64,000 nt of DNA, taken from the sequence record PP449093.1; one strand, 5' to 3'. Shown here piece after piece: positions 53,588-63,860 of the stretch. The translations under genes and the position numbers were made by a program. Within the stretch, counting starts at the first letter, position 1. Each line of letters opens with the position of its first letter. The notes below the pieces were generated by a model. That model had not been told where the DNA came from. It ran no database searches and saw only the letters and a program-made list of their open reading frames with translations. The stretch is from Escherichia coli phage phiS.

Positions 53588-55639
53588 ATGTTTAACTTAG
53601 AAATCGACGATCTAATGATTGAATCTTTCGAGAAATGGCTGTTGACGGAAGAGGAAGAAAACTTTGGTAGTATTGCCCCGGTACAGTGCTTAAAGCCTAA
53701 GCAGAATCCTAAACAGCTTTTTGCAGTACAGACACGCGATAAAGATGTGATTGTCCGTCTTTGTAACTTCACCAACAAAACACCTAAAATCATTCGTATG
53801 GGTGACAAGACAGCACATGTTGTACTGTGCGAAATGAACAAAAGCGGTCGTATTGTACAGCTTAAAAATGGTCTAGGCGATAACCCGATTGCAGTTATGG
53901 CAAGTGCTTTTGATGTGGTTATGGAAACAGCCCGTAAAGCGCAATTAGACGCTGTTATGTTCCGTTTTAACGTATCCCGCATGAAAGGTAAGACCGAACT
54001 GGTTAAGCGCGTTATAGAGCGTTTGGTGCGTCGTACACCGAAGTTTGAAGTATTCCAGCAGGAAGTAATGACCAGCAAAAAGATCGCTTTAGTTGTTGTC
54101 AAGCGTCGCGGTATGGCGATTGATAAGATTAAAGGGATTAAACTTGATGATTCCTTGTTCACTAAAGTAGAAAGTGATTTAGGTGATCGCTGGGTATCTA
54201 AGGCTACTGGTGAATCTCTGACTAAAGATGAGGCGTATGCGGCTAGTCTTGTGTCAGAAGAAGAACGAAACGCGGAAGCGGAACAACGCGTAGCGGCTAA
54301 ATCTCGTTTGACTAAAGAAGAAATGCTGAAAACTCAAGCGACCTATAACAGCGACTATGTGAATCATCCAGAAAAAATTAATCTTAAACCGGAAGAAGAT
54401 ATCACCGAAGCCGAACCTAAGAAACAGTTTAATACTCTGATTGATCGTCAAGCCTTAGAACGTTCAACCGCTCGTTCTCTGAATGAATGGACAAGTGATA
54501 TTATCACTCGCTATGGTTTCATGCGTACTATTTTTGAAAGCGAAGCCGATGCAAAATACGCAGTAAGCGAACTGGTAAAAGTTCAGGATCAATATGATCC
54601 GTTGTCTGCGGAAGTTATCGCAGCATCAATCAAACGCTTAAAAGAAATCATGAGCGAGGAAGTATTCGAAAACAAGATCACCGCCCTGGCAATGGATCGA
54701 GTAGACCAGTCTATGCCAGCAGATGTAAAAGCTGAAATGCTGCGTAGTCATATCACCCAGATTAAAACCGATGCCCTACGTAATGTTGCTTCCGGTATGT
54801 TTGAAGCAATTGCTAGCAACATGGGTGAAATGATGGCAGATATTGATCTTGATCTGCCGGGCGCGGAAGGTTTTGTATTGAGCGAATATGCCGATGCAGC
54901 ATACATCAATATGAACAACTTCCTAACCGACCGTAAGCTGGAAGAGTTTGAAGGCATCGCAGATCCAGAAGAATTGGTCAAGATGTGCGATGCACTGGAT
55001 AATGCCTTCTCTAACTATGGTGTTAAACTTGATCCGGGTACTATTCTGTATCGTGGTATGGACTTCCGGTCGCAAATGTGGGAAACTGCACGTAAGCAAA
55101 AAGCGTTTTACTTTAAAAACTATGTGAGCACTTCCCTTGCACCTAACATTTTTGGTGGCTGGAATGCAAACGTGGCTAGTGCCATTGCTGGTGTTGATTC
55201 TATGGCTGGCTCTCGCGGTGAAGGTGGCGCTAATGTTGCTTTCTCCATTGCTGGCGCGGAAAACATCCCTGTATTGCCAGTAGGTAACAAAGCATTTGCT
55301 TACAAAGAATGCGAGATTTTACTTCCTCGCGGTGTTGTGTTATCCTTTGATACGGTAACTCGTGCTACGGCATCGACGGATTCACAAGAAACATATTACA
55401 TTGAGGCACATATTATGAACAAAAGTGAACTGGCAGCATTACAAGAATCTGGCGAAATGATCGCGGACGGTGATGCATTCATCCGTGAAGGTGTTGTTAA
55501 ACCTGCTTCTGACCTGTCTTTCTCCAGCTTCATTAGCGAAGCTAAAACCGAACGTAAGAAAGCAGATAAGGCAACTCTACGTCAGCTTATCGCTGATCTG
55601 GTATCTGTAGACGCAATGCCAGATAAATTTAAAATGTAA
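53588..55639 (+). CDS. alt: Alt-like ADP-ribosyltransferase (head-packaged type)
   Basis: 683 aa; N-terminal region resembles T4 Alt (LCNFTN...MGDK..H, LFTKVES.LGD); C-terminal R (YRG) - STS (VSTSLA) - ExE (ECEILLPRG) motifs. Confidence 0.8.
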   Translation: MFNLEIDDLMIESFEKWLLTEEEENFGSIAPVQCLKPKQNPKQLFAVQTRDKDVIVRLCNFTNKTPKIIRMGDKTAHVVLCEMNKSGRIVQLKNGLGDNPIAVMASAFDVVMETARKAQLDAVMFRFNVSRMKGKTELVKRVIERLVRRTPKFEVFQQEVMTSKKIALVVVKRRGMAIDKIKGIKLDDSLFTKVESDLGDRWVSKATGESLTKDEAYAASLVSEEERNAEAEQRVAAKSRLTKEEMLKTQATYNSDYVNHPEKINLKPEEDITEAEPKKQFNTLIDRQALERSTARSLNEWTSDIITRYGFMRTIFESEADAKYAVSELVKVQDQYDPLSAEVIAASIKRLKEIMSEEVFENKITALAMDRVDQSMPADVKAEMLRSHITQIKTDALRNVASGMFEAIASNMGEMMADIDLDLPGAEGFVLSEYADAAYINMNNFLTDRKLEEFEGIADPEELVKMCDALDNAFSNYGVKLDPGTILYRGMDFRSQMWETARKQKAFYFKNYVSTSLAPNIFGGWNANVASAIAGVDSMAGSRGEGGANVAFSIAGAENIPVLPVGNKAFAYKECEILLPRGVVLSFDTVTRATASTDSQETYYIEAHIMNKSELAALQESGEMIADGDAFIREGVVKPASDLSFSSFISEAKTERKKADKATLRQLIADLVSVDAMPDKFKM

Positions 55640-55656
55640 TTTTTAAGAAATAATGG

Positions 55657-55685
55657 TTGACTCAAACGGGGACTAGTTTTATACT
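55657..55685 (+). promoter_or_regulatory. promoter-like element with hairpin (TTGACT, 17 nt spacer, TATACT)
   Basis: CGGGGACTAG..ACTAGCCCCG dyad around the -10; may also terminate alt transcripts. Confidence 0.5.
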
Positions 55686-55717
55686 AGCCCCGTTTTCTGT
55701 TATATGGGAGGTTTAAA

Positions 55718-56542
55718 ATGTTCAAGAAATTACAGGATTTTCGTCTTTCGGAAGAAGCACGCGAATCAATGATGGAACGTATGGATAATTACATCGAAAC
55801 ATATGGCATCGAGGGGATTAATGGTTACATGATCACTGAGATGATCAGCGATCAGATTAACTTTGATGATTATGTGAAGGTTATCCGCTTCCTTGAGCGT
55901 GAGACACAAGATTATGGATTTGTCAAGAAAATCATTAATGTGATGTATGAAGTACACTCCGAAGACTTTGGAGATAATGTATTCAAACATTACAAACATA
56001 ACAATATAACCCCAGCAGAATATAATGCAATCTGTGATTATGTGTCTGAACAATACGAATGGGTAAATGGTGCTCTCTTAGGGGAAGAAGACATGACCGA
56101 TGAGATATCAGAGATTGTTGATTTGATGGATTGTGTCATGGATAAAACCGAAAAGTTAAACGGTACTCTTTATCGCGGTCAACATCTTGACATTCAGACA
56201 ATAGAGCGTATTATTGAAGATAAGGAATTTACCTTTAAAAACTTTGTGTCGACCAGCATGACACCAATCATCTTTGGAGGCTGGCTTTCAAACAGCACTA
56301 GCCTTTATTGTGAGAATCGATATGAATCAATGACCGGAAAGATGCAACATTCTTGTAATGTATCGTGGGTAATTGACGTAAAAGATCATAAAGGTTTTGT
56401 CGTTGGGTCAATTGCATGGAACCCTTGCGAATGTGAAGTAATTTTACCGCGCGGGACTTGCGTCAAGGTAAACGACGTAGTAGAATCTTTCGGCGATGAG
56501 AATCGTAGACAATTTACAATTTTCGGTGAGGTGACTAAATGA
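55718..56542 (+). CDS. second ADP-ribosyltransferase (Alt C-terminal domain paralog / Mod-like)
   Basis: LYRG, VSTSMT and PCECEVILPRG motifs parallel the catalytic region of the upstream Alt-like protein. Confidence 0.65.
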   Translation: MFKKLQDFRLSEEARESMMERMDNYIETYGIEGINGYMITEMISDQINFDDYVKVIRFLERETQDYGFVKKIINVMYEVHSEDFGDNVFKHYKHNNITPAEYNAICDYVSEQYEWVNGALLGEEDMTDEISEIVDLMDCVMDKTEKLNGTLYRGQHLDIQTIERIIEDKEFTFKNFVSTSMTPIIFGGWLSNSTSLYCENRYESMTGKMQHSCNVSWVIDVKDHKGFVVGSIAWNPCECEVILPRGTCVKVNDVVESFGDENRRQFTIFGEVTK

Positions 56543-57024
56543 AAATGATTAAACTGATTGGTCTTGCGGCTGCATTCATGCTTACTGGTTGTGCCAACAT
56601 GGAAGCTATGATGAATGCTAAATCAGATCCGGTTTTCTTGCTTCGTGAATGTAAAGCAGCATATGCAAGTGATGGTCAGATCGAATCATGCTTTATTTCT
56701 AAAATGGAACGTCGAGACGTAGATCGAGTTAAAGTTGGTTTAGCACCACAAACTCAGATGTTCAAGGATGCAATCAAAGAAGCGCGGGAAGAGAAAGAAC
56801 AAGAAGAAAAGAAGCGTCAAGAAGAATTGCGCAAGCAGAAAGAAGAGTCTAAACAACTTGATAAGATGAAAGCACGGGATCGCTGTATCATCATGTCTGA
56901 CATGCAGATAGAGCAAGAAGCAAGAAAGGCAGCATTAAACGGTGATTATGACCGTTATGAAGAACTTAACAGCGCAGAATTTCAAACTAAGGCACTAAAA
57001 TATTGCAATGATTTAGCAAAATAA
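56539..57024 (+). CDS. lipoprotein with coiled-coil region
   Basis: Signal peptide with lipobox LTGC; Lys/Glu-rich helical segment. Confidence 0.6.
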   Translation: MKMIKLIGLAAAFMLTGCANMEAMMNAKSDPVFLLRECKAAYASDGQIESCFISKMERRDVDRVKVGLAPQTQMFKDAIKEAREEKEQEEKKRQEELRKQKEESKQLDKMKARDRCIIMSDMQIEQEARKAALNGDYDRYEELNSAEFQTKALKYCNDLAK

Positions 57025-57051
57025 AAAGGCGGGGGATAATCCCCGCCTTTC
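57025..57051. terminator. bidirectional terminator between convergent genes
   Basis: AAAGGCGGGGA-TAA-TCCCCGCCTTT. Confidence 0.7.
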
Positions 57052-57056
57052 GCTTA

Positions 57057-57989
57057 TCAGAACCAGTTAGTGACAGTATTCACCACACGCCCACCAACGC
57101 CATTTAGACGCGATAAAGCATTACCAGCAGCAGATAACCCACTATCAAGTAAATTATTGCCGAAAGTGTTTGTTATTGCGTTTATTGCCTTATCCTCAAT
57201 CCATTCTCGCGCGGCTTGCTCTCCTACAGCACCAGTTTGCATAGAACGATATGCGAAAGTAACATCGAATGTTGTGATTTCGTTGTTGTTTTCATAGTTT
57301 AATTCCGGTGCACTCACACCAACAGGAACACAACCATTAAACATCATGATCGTGTGAGGAACTCCCATTCGGTTATGTAAGTTGACCTGAATATCTGCTT
57401 CAACGTCAACAGGAAGCGCACGAAGCCCTGTAACGGGGTCTTCTACTGAGTTAACCCAATCCTGCATTGCTCTATAGTTTGATGCGCTAGAGTCCATTCT
57501 AAAGCTCAATACAAGCGGATCAAAATCACGTCCGGTAATTCGAATGTTTGGCGCATTGTGGTTACGGTCCATTTCATAATTCAATCTGTTTTCTGGAACC
57601 TTAACAGCATACACCAGAAGACCGCTTGTCTTATATGCCATATTGAACCAGTCAAGCGCATACGTACCAACATCAAATTGCCCCAGAAGAGATTGAACTA
57701 CGCGGGATGACATTGCACCTAAAAGATACTTTTTGACACCGGATGAATCAACAGCACGCCTAACACCCTGTACAGCAAGATTTGTTAATGCGTCAGTATA
57801 ATCACCACGAGTAATCCCGAAATAGTCATTTAATGCATTTGGTATAATATCATATACCGCACCGCCCATACTTTCTAGGATCGCTTGTGTCTTATTACTT
57901 GGAGTGGTGGCAAATGCCACGCTGAATAAGTTGGATCGCTGAAAGTCAAGGTTAGCGGCTTGTTCGTTAAAATCATTTAAATCAAACAT
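57057..57989 (-). CDS. 54: baseplate tail-tube initiator gp54
   Basis: Resembles T4 gp54 (NRLNYEMDRNHNAPNIRITGRDFDPLVLSFRMDS.A.NYRAMQDWVNSV.DPVTGLRALP.DVEADIQVNLH). Confidence 0.9.
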   Translation of the reverse strand: MFDLNDFNEQAANLDFQRSNLFSVAFATTPSNKTQAILESMGGAVYDIIPNALNDYFGITRGDYTDALTNLAVQGVRRAVDSSGVKKYLLGAMSSRVVQSLLGQFDVGTYALDWFNMAYKTSGLLVYAVKVPENRLNYEMDRNHNAPNIRITGRDFDPLVLSFRMDSSASNYRAMQDWVNSVEDPVTGLRALPVDVEADIQVNLHNRMGVPHTIMMFNGCVPVGVSAPELNYENNNEITTFDVTFAYRSMQTGAVGEQAAREWIEDKAINAITNTFGNNLLDSGLSAAGNALSRLNGVGGRVVNTVTNWF

Positions 57990-59047
57990 TATACCGCACT
58001 CCCAAATATAGTACCACGGGAAAGTGTCAAGATCTCTCTAAATGATACTTCCAGAACAAAGGTACTAGGCAAGTTAGGAGAAATAGCAAGGCCATTAAAC
58101 TTACCATCAGGCGACTTGTCCAGACGTACACTTGAGATCTGAGCGGGACCAAATGCATCGCTACGCCCTTCAAACGATGTACGCTTACCGAAGTTAGAGA
58201 TCATCCATATTGTCGGGTTAGATACAGTAATTGCGTTTGATAGAAAATCGGTGATCCCTTCAAACAGCGTATCATTTCTCTTTGCCTCGGCTGGAGTGGA
58301 TTTGCTCAATAGTGTATTTTTATACCACGCATCAACTTCCGCTTTTAATTCTTTTGCGGTGCTGGAAATACCACTAGAACCATAAGACAACTCTAAAAAC
58401 GTTTCGTATATGATCAGAATATTGCGAAGGTCTTCAATACTACGTGGGGTTAGATGCCATACGTAGTTTTTCGTTCGTGCGTCAGCACCCGCATACATGC
58501 TTCGCGCAGTATTATAAATCTGTTCACCGTGATCGGCAAGGTATCCACCAGTAATACTTTCGATACCACCAAAAACGGCAGTAGATGCCATATTAGAAAG
58601 AGCACCGCCTAAAGTACCACCGCCGCGAGAAATAACAGATTCACCAACATCATTAAACTTATGGCTGGCAGCGTCAACGTCAGATTGACTACGAGGAAGA
58701 AGAATATTAGCAATTGCCTCTCGGTCAAATGCAACATTTCTCCCACCCAAATTTAAATCAAAACCAGCGATATTAACACTACCGCCAAAACCGCTAGCAA
58801 CATTTTTCTTTTTCCTGAAATCACGCAACGATCCGGTAGTACGAGATGTATAATCGTATGCAGTGAATAACAGACCATTATTATATAAGTCGTTGATATA
58901 ATAACCGCTAGCATCATTACCGCTAGCACGTTCAGCGGGGAATTGAGCGGTTAATGTTTTCCCTTTATTTTTTGAGGTAAAACCAGCGGAGGTTTTAACC
59001 CCCGCTTTAAAGCTATCAACGACATCATTGATAACACTAATTTTCAT
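57989..59047 (-). CDS. 48: baseplate tail-tube cap gp48
   Basis: 352-aa ORF between gp54 and gp29; size and order as T4 gp48. Confidence 0.75.
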   Translation of the reverse strand: MKISVINDVVDSFKAGVKTSAGFTSKNKGKTLTAQFPAERASGNDASGYYINDLYNNGLLFTAYDYTSRTTGSLRDFRKKKNVASGFGGSVNIAGFDLNLGGRNVAFDREAIANILLPRSQSDVDAASHKFNDVGESVISRGGGTLGGALSNMASTAVFGGIESITGGYLADHGEQIYNTARSMYAGADARTKNYVWHLTPRSIEDLRNILIIYETFLELSYGSSGISSTAKELKAEVDAWYKNTLLSKSTPAEAKRNDTLFEGITDFLSNAITVSNPTIWMISNFGKRTSFEGRSDAFGPAQISSVRLDKSPDGKFNGLAISPNLPSTFVLEVSFREILTLSRGTIFGSAV

Positions 59048-60780
59048 TAAAAGTTCCCCATATTAATTGTACCCGGGGCATCAATTCTAGTTGTTGGTGC
59101 ACCCTGTTTAATAGTTCTATTGTTTGTTACAATTTGTGTATTATTTACGTTTGAGGTCTGGTTTGTCGTTTGTTGCTGGATTGCAGCTTGTTTCTGCATT
59201 TGTTCAGTACGTTCCGCTTGTTTTGCTGTTTCCGTTTCAGTTGCAGGAACCGGCTGTGTTTGCACAACACCCTTAGTTTTATCAGCATACATCTCATCAA
59301 ATTTTTCAATAAGACGCTCTAACTGAGAACGATCACTTTCAACTAATGTAGGATCTTGAACTTGCTCACGGTAAACATCAATATCCTTTTTCAACTCTCC
59401 CATTCTTTCTTTGTCATAGTCACCGCTCAAATTCTCCATAACTTCATTAATATTATTGATCGCGCCCTCGCTTTTAATTCTAAGTTTACGACTAGCAGAT
59501 CGTTGTTCAGCAGAAACAGACTTGTATTCCCCGCGTTTTAATTCTTCTTGTCGTTTCTCTGCGTCAACATCCTTTTGATCTCGCCAACCCAGACTAACAA
59601 GACCTTCGTTAACTTTATCCTTAATAGAATCCCCAATAGCTTCGCCAATATCACGGGCTTTTCCGGTCCAACCAGTACGCTCTCCATATTTGTCTTCTTC
59701 GTGTTCAGACTCGACCTTATCCATTAATTCGAGTTCTCTTTCATTTGGCGTATAGCCTTGAGCGACAGCAGATTTTAAAGCACCATATTCTAACTTATCG
59801 GCATAATCACCCATACCAGGGATCATACGAAGAATTTTAGCAATACCAGTAGTGATAATTCGATCAAGTTGGATAAAGGTTTTATAGAATGCATCACCAA
59901 TACCCATAACAAGAGATTTAATTAACTCTCCATATTCGCCTTTAGACCAATAATCTCGAACCTGACGAACAGTAGTTAAAATATCGCTAATAGGACCAGC
60001 CCATCCTCCGGCCTTATCCATAAATTCCTTGAATTTTGTTTCGAATAAATCACTCCAATATCTGAAATGAACCATCAGGGTATCAATGACAAAAACAATA
60101 CCCATCAAAATAGCACCCCATTTTGCGGCTTCTGCCATAGCGGTCAATGTGATCTTAAATAACATCCCTAAGACCTTATTAGAGATACCTATGGTTTCTT
60201 TAAATCCTCCACGAACAACTTTAAGAAGATTTTCCATAGAATCCGCATTACGCTTATCTGTGGCGTTCTTTTTCTTTCGGTCATCAACATCTGGTTTTTT
60301 CTTTGGAAGACCTTGATAGTTGTCATTGTTAGGCTGTTCCGGTACAGTAGGCAAAACTGGCTGAGGTGATGGCATTGTTTGCGGTTGTTCCGGTTTTTTC
60401 AATGCTTCTTCAATCGCACCAATACCACTAGCCATTTTACTGACAACACCAAATCTACGTTCCATCATAACACCAAAACCACGTAATTTCTCATTCATCT
60501 GAGAAGAGAAATTATTGAGTTTTTGCAATTCTTCATAAGTTTTTTGGGTATTGCCAGCGGTAGATTGTGTATTTTCTGCCGTCAATTCATTGGCTGCGGT
60601 GTTATCCTCTACCGCACCAACAACTTCATTAGATTTTTGTTCCACTGTCTCCGCCACCAATTCGGTAGCGGCTTGCAAATTATCAATAGAATCAAGTTTA
60701 TCTAATTTGTTAATTTTATCAATCGGGTTTTCTTCCGCTTCCTTGCGCATCCCGCGAAATGATGTTAATGCGTCATTCAT
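59047..60780 (-). CDS. 29: baseplate hub subunit / tail length determinator gp29
   Basis: 577-aa ORF in T4 gp29 position; coiled-coil-rich. Confidence 0.75.
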   Translation of the reverse strand: MNDALTSFRGMRKEAEENPIDKINKLDKLDSIDNLQAATELVAETVEQKSNEVVGAVEDNTAANELTAENTQSTAGNTQKTYEELQKLNNFSSQMNEKLRGFGVMMERRFGVVSKMASGIGAIEEALKKPEQPQTMPSPQPVLPTVPEQPNNDNYQGLPKKKPDVDDRKKKNATDKRNADSMENLLKVVRGGFKETIGISNKVLGMLFKITLTAMAEAAKWGAILMGIVFVIDTLMVHFRYWSDLFETKFKEFMDKAGGWAGPISDILTTVRQVRDYWSKGEYGELIKSLVMGIGDAFYKTFIQLDRIITTGIAKILRMIPGMGDYADKLEYGALKSAVAQGYTPNERELELMDKVESEHEEDKYGERTGWTGKARDIGEAIGDSIKDKVNEGLVSLGWRDQKDVDAEKRQEELKRGEYKSVSAEQRSASRKLRIKSEGAINNINEVMENLSGDYDKERMGELKKDIDVYREQVQDPTLVESDRSQLERLIEKFDEMYADKTKGVVQTQPVPATETETAKQAERTEQMQKQAAIQQQTTNQTSNVNNTQIVTNNRTIKQGAPTTRIDAPGTINMGNF

Positions 60781-61295
60781 GATAGGCGATCCAATATGTT
60801 AATTCCACCATAGATAGTACCTTCCGGTGTATCCAGTGCAATAGTTTTTCTTAATCCTGTAGCCCAATCCATAATAAAAGCTGGGAAATCATGGAAGTCT
60901 ACGCTAGGATCGTGATAATGATGACTCAAGAAATCAGCGTCATCGATAATGGGGTCAGAAGTATACATTGGATTTTTAAATTTAAAGACTTTACCATTTA
61001 AAGTAAATTCAGTCTCTGTACAAATATACACATCAGACAGCTTAAGACCATCTTTTTCTTCCAGACACTTACCATTAAACGCACAAAGGTTAAGCATAAC
61101 CAATTCCGACTCGGCAGCGTTTAACCCAGGACAGATTGAATCAAGAAGAATCTTTAATGTTTCATCACAGCTACGAACATCTTTTAATAATCGATGTTGC
61201 TTAATCCCCATTTTTGGGATCTTAATATGTTTCCCGTTTATCTCTAATTTTTTTACAGGAACAACAAATTTTAACATAGGTTTAGTTTCTGTCAT
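60777..61295 (-). CDS. 28: baseplate hub distal subunit gp28
   Basis: 172-aa ORF in T4 gp28 position. Confidence 0.7.
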   Translation of the reverse strand: MTETKPMLKFVVPVKKLEINGKHIKIPKMGIKQHRLLKDVRSCDETLKILLDSICPGLNAAESELVMLNLCAFNGKCLEEKDGLKLSDVYICTETEFTLNGKVFKFKNPMYTSDPIIDDADFLSHHYHDPSVDFHDFPAFIMDWATGLRKTIALDTPEGTIYGGINILDRLS

Positions 61296-62404
61296 TATAT
61301 CTTACCTTCAAATTTGACTTCCTGTAATTCTTCGCTGTTACCGATCATATACAGGTGAGTTAATGATTGCTCTCGGCTAATTTCATGCACAACTTCGTCA
61401 ACAATAAAATCATTGCGTGCTTGTTGTTTCTCATCAAAGAATCGAATAACCATGCCGGGGCGCAACGAAAAATTACCGTGACACACGGCGGTAGCATATG
61501 AATCATATTGTTCTATTGTGGCAAGTTTAGAACCTTCCAAAAACGCATTCTTATAAGTTAAATTACCATAAGCGCCACCATGAGCAAAGTGTGCAATATT
61601 ATCCCCATTACCAACAACAATTTTATTATACTGCTTAGTAACAAAATCAATAGTTGTGTATGTCACATTGCTAAATGAATTTTTAACTTTAGCATTGCTC
61701 TTAGTCTGCCACTCGAAATTAAAAACCATCAGATTAGGCGACATATCAATAAATTGCCCCATGAGTCTAGGCTCACAGATTATAGCTGGTATTGGCTCAT
61801 TTTTTAATATTGTATCGTATCCAGCAATCGTTATACCATCAAAATCTTCCCAGCAATACACGAAAGACTCGGTTTCTACGCTTTGCCCGTATGCCCTAAC
61901 AAAATCCATATAGTCATTTATGGTACTAACCCACGGACAACGAGGAATAACAACGTTATCACCCTTTATAGTAGGTTTCCATAAAGGAACTTCCTTATAG
62001 ATGGCATCAATCATGCTAGTTACGTTATTAACCGCGTTATTTGTCAATGAGCGAGAAAATTTAAGGTTTAATGTTTCGTGATAGCTCTTTAACTGGAATG
62101 TTAAAATATTGTCGGATTTTTGGTCAATTGTTACATTACTATGAGAGATCCCATAGATTCGGTTAAACACTTCATCTGTATTAGCAGTGGACAGCGAAAT
62201 CTGAATAATCTCTCGTCCGTTTAATTTTGTATGCATCGCTTTATTATCATAGAATTGCAACAATCCTTCATTGACCCCACGGATCGAATCACGCAGAGTC
62301 ATTGTAACAAAGGTAGCACCCAACTCTATAAAGCGATGATTTAGAAACGCCTCATAATCCTGATAAAGTTTTATTGAGACATTAGGAAACCCCGTTCTTT
62401 GCAT
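61295..62404 (-). CDS. 27: baseplate hub subunit gp27
   Basis: 369-aa ORF in T4 gp27 position. Confidence 0.75.
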   Translation of the reverse strand: MQRTGFPNVSIKLYQDYEAFLNHRFIELGATFVTMTLRDSIRGVNEGLLQFYDNKAMHTKLNGREIIQISLSTANTDEVFNRIYGISHSNVTIDQKSDNILTFQLKSYHETLNLKFSRSLTNNAVNNVTSMIDAIYKEVPLWKPTIKGDNVVIPRCPWVSTINDYMDFVRAYGQSVETESFVYCWEDFDGITIAGYDTILKNEPIPAIICEPRLMGQFIDMSPNLMVFNFEWQTKSNAKVKNSFSNVTYTTIDFVTKQYNKIVVGNGDNIAHFAHGGAYGNLTYKNAFLEGSKLATIEQYDSYATAVCHGNFSLRPGMVIRFFDEKQQARNDFIVDEVVHEISREQSLTHLYMIGNSEELQEVKFEGKI

Positions 62405-63152
62405 TATTTGCCTCTTTTACGTCTTTCTCGACCAGTGTCAGTGCAATGTTTCTCTCAATCGGTAACATATCCATAAGATCACTGATAGAATAATTTGATT
62501 TTGCCAATAGATGGTTTATTCGATAAAAGATGAATAACTCATCTGGATTCAACAACAATTTGAATAATGGAAGAAGACCTATGTATTTCAGGTCATGACT
62601 TTCACAACAAGATATCTTTTGTTCGATCTTGATTGTGTGCATCTGCTTAACAACTTCTTCAAATTCAGCAAATGAGATTGAATCGATAACCTGTTCTCTA
62701 ACTTCTTCCGGTAATTCAGTCCATAGATAATCATTAATACCATCAGATACACGCTCTATCGCATCCAGAAACGTTTTTGCATAGTCGGTTGATGGTTTAA
62801 CATACCGGAAAGTTATTTTAAGCCCTGCGGCCTCTAGAACGATTGGTTTTAGTGCTTCAACCTGTAAGTTAAGCAACATTTTTCTTTCTTTGTTGCAAGT
62901 CGGGCAAGTAAAACAAAGCGGTATCTTAGTTTTACCAATTGAACTAGTAAAGACATTCAGGAAAATATATTCACGAAATGCCGGATCTACTTCTGGATAT
63001 ATTTCTTCTAATAGCTCATCCAGAATCGTTTGTTCTTCTTCTGGATTCATCTTAATTTCAGTTGACACCAGAAGGAAATCTCTATAATCTTTTACCGTGA
63101 ATGGTTTAAATCTCTGCACACCTTCCGGTAGTTTTATTCGGATAATATTCAT
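62382..63152 (-). CDS. 51: baseplate hub assembly catalyst gp51
   Basis: 256-aa ORF in T4 gp51 position; late promoter upstream. Confidence 0.7.
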   Translation of the reverse strand: MNIIRIKLPEGVQRFKPFTVKDYRDFLLVSTEIKMNPEEEQTILDELLEEIYPEVDPAFREYIFLNVFTSSIGKTKIPLCFTCPTCNKERKMLLNLQVEALKPIVLEAAGLKITFRYVKPSTDYAKTFLDAIERVSDGINDYLWTELPEEVREQVIDSISFAEFEEVVKQMHTIKIEQKISCCESHDLKYIGLLPLFKLLLNPDELFIFYRINHLLAKSNYSISDLMDMLPIERNIALTLVEKDVKEANNAKNGVS

Positions 63153-63172
63153 GGTATAATCCCCCTTTCGGG

Positions 63173-63180
63173 TATTTATA
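63173..63180 (-). promoter_or_regulatory. T4-type late promoter TATAAATA upstream of gp51
   Basis: Minus-strand TATAAATA about 20 nt upstream of the ATG, AGGGGG SD between. Confidence 0.55.
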
Positions 63181-63222
63181 AAATACTAAATAATTCTATG
63201 TGTTTATAAAGGGTGTTTTATT

Positions 63223-63852
63223 ATGCAATACTTTTTCAAGATCCAATTAGGCGAAAAGTTGATACACGCCCGTGCTTTCACCTTCGGCGAATTTCAAAAA
63301 CTGGTAGCAGCAAAAGAGACTGGCAAGCTGTCAGAGGTTGTTATAGAGATCATACATGAATGTACGGGGATCAATGCATTAGAGCTAGAGAAATGCGAAG
63401 CAGAATATATTTTTCTTCTCTTATGGTGTCACAGCCTCAATAAGATGAAAATTGATGCTACTTGGGTGTGTGGTGTATGCAATAAAGAGAAAGTATACTC
63501 TCTTGATGTTTCACGCACACAGATACCAGAAGTTGAACCGTATATTCTGGACTTAGGACAAGTAAAAATCAAGTTTCGTCAACCTAAGTTTACAGAAGAT
63601 GTTGATATTATGCAGATGGTAATTGCATGTATCGAATATATCGTGATCGGCGATCAGCAATTCAATATAGACGACCTGAACGCACAGGACTTTGACCGCG
63701 TGCTGGATATGCTTACCACGGATAAAGTGGAAGAAGTGATCGACGAGCTAACAAGAAATCAAATCACGCTGGCAGTACCGATCAAGTGCGAATGCGGGGA
63801 ATCTGGTGTATATTCATTATCAGGTCTATCCAGTTTCCTTAAAATTCTTTGA
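63223..63852 (+). CDS. 26: baseplate hub subunit gp26
   Basis: 209-aa ORF divergent from gp51, as in T4. Confidence 0.7.
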   Translation: MQYFFKIQLGEKLIHARAFTFGEFQKLVAAKETGKLSEVVIEIIHECTGINALELEKCEAEYIFLLLWCHSLNKMKIDATWVCGVCNKEKVYSLDVSRTQIPEVEPYILDLGQVKIKFRQPKFTEDVDIMQMVIACIEYIVIGDQQFNIDDLNAQDFDRVLDMLTTDKVEEVIDELTRNQITLAVPIKCECGESGVYSLSGLSSFLKIL

Positions 63853-63860
63853 GGTATAAC

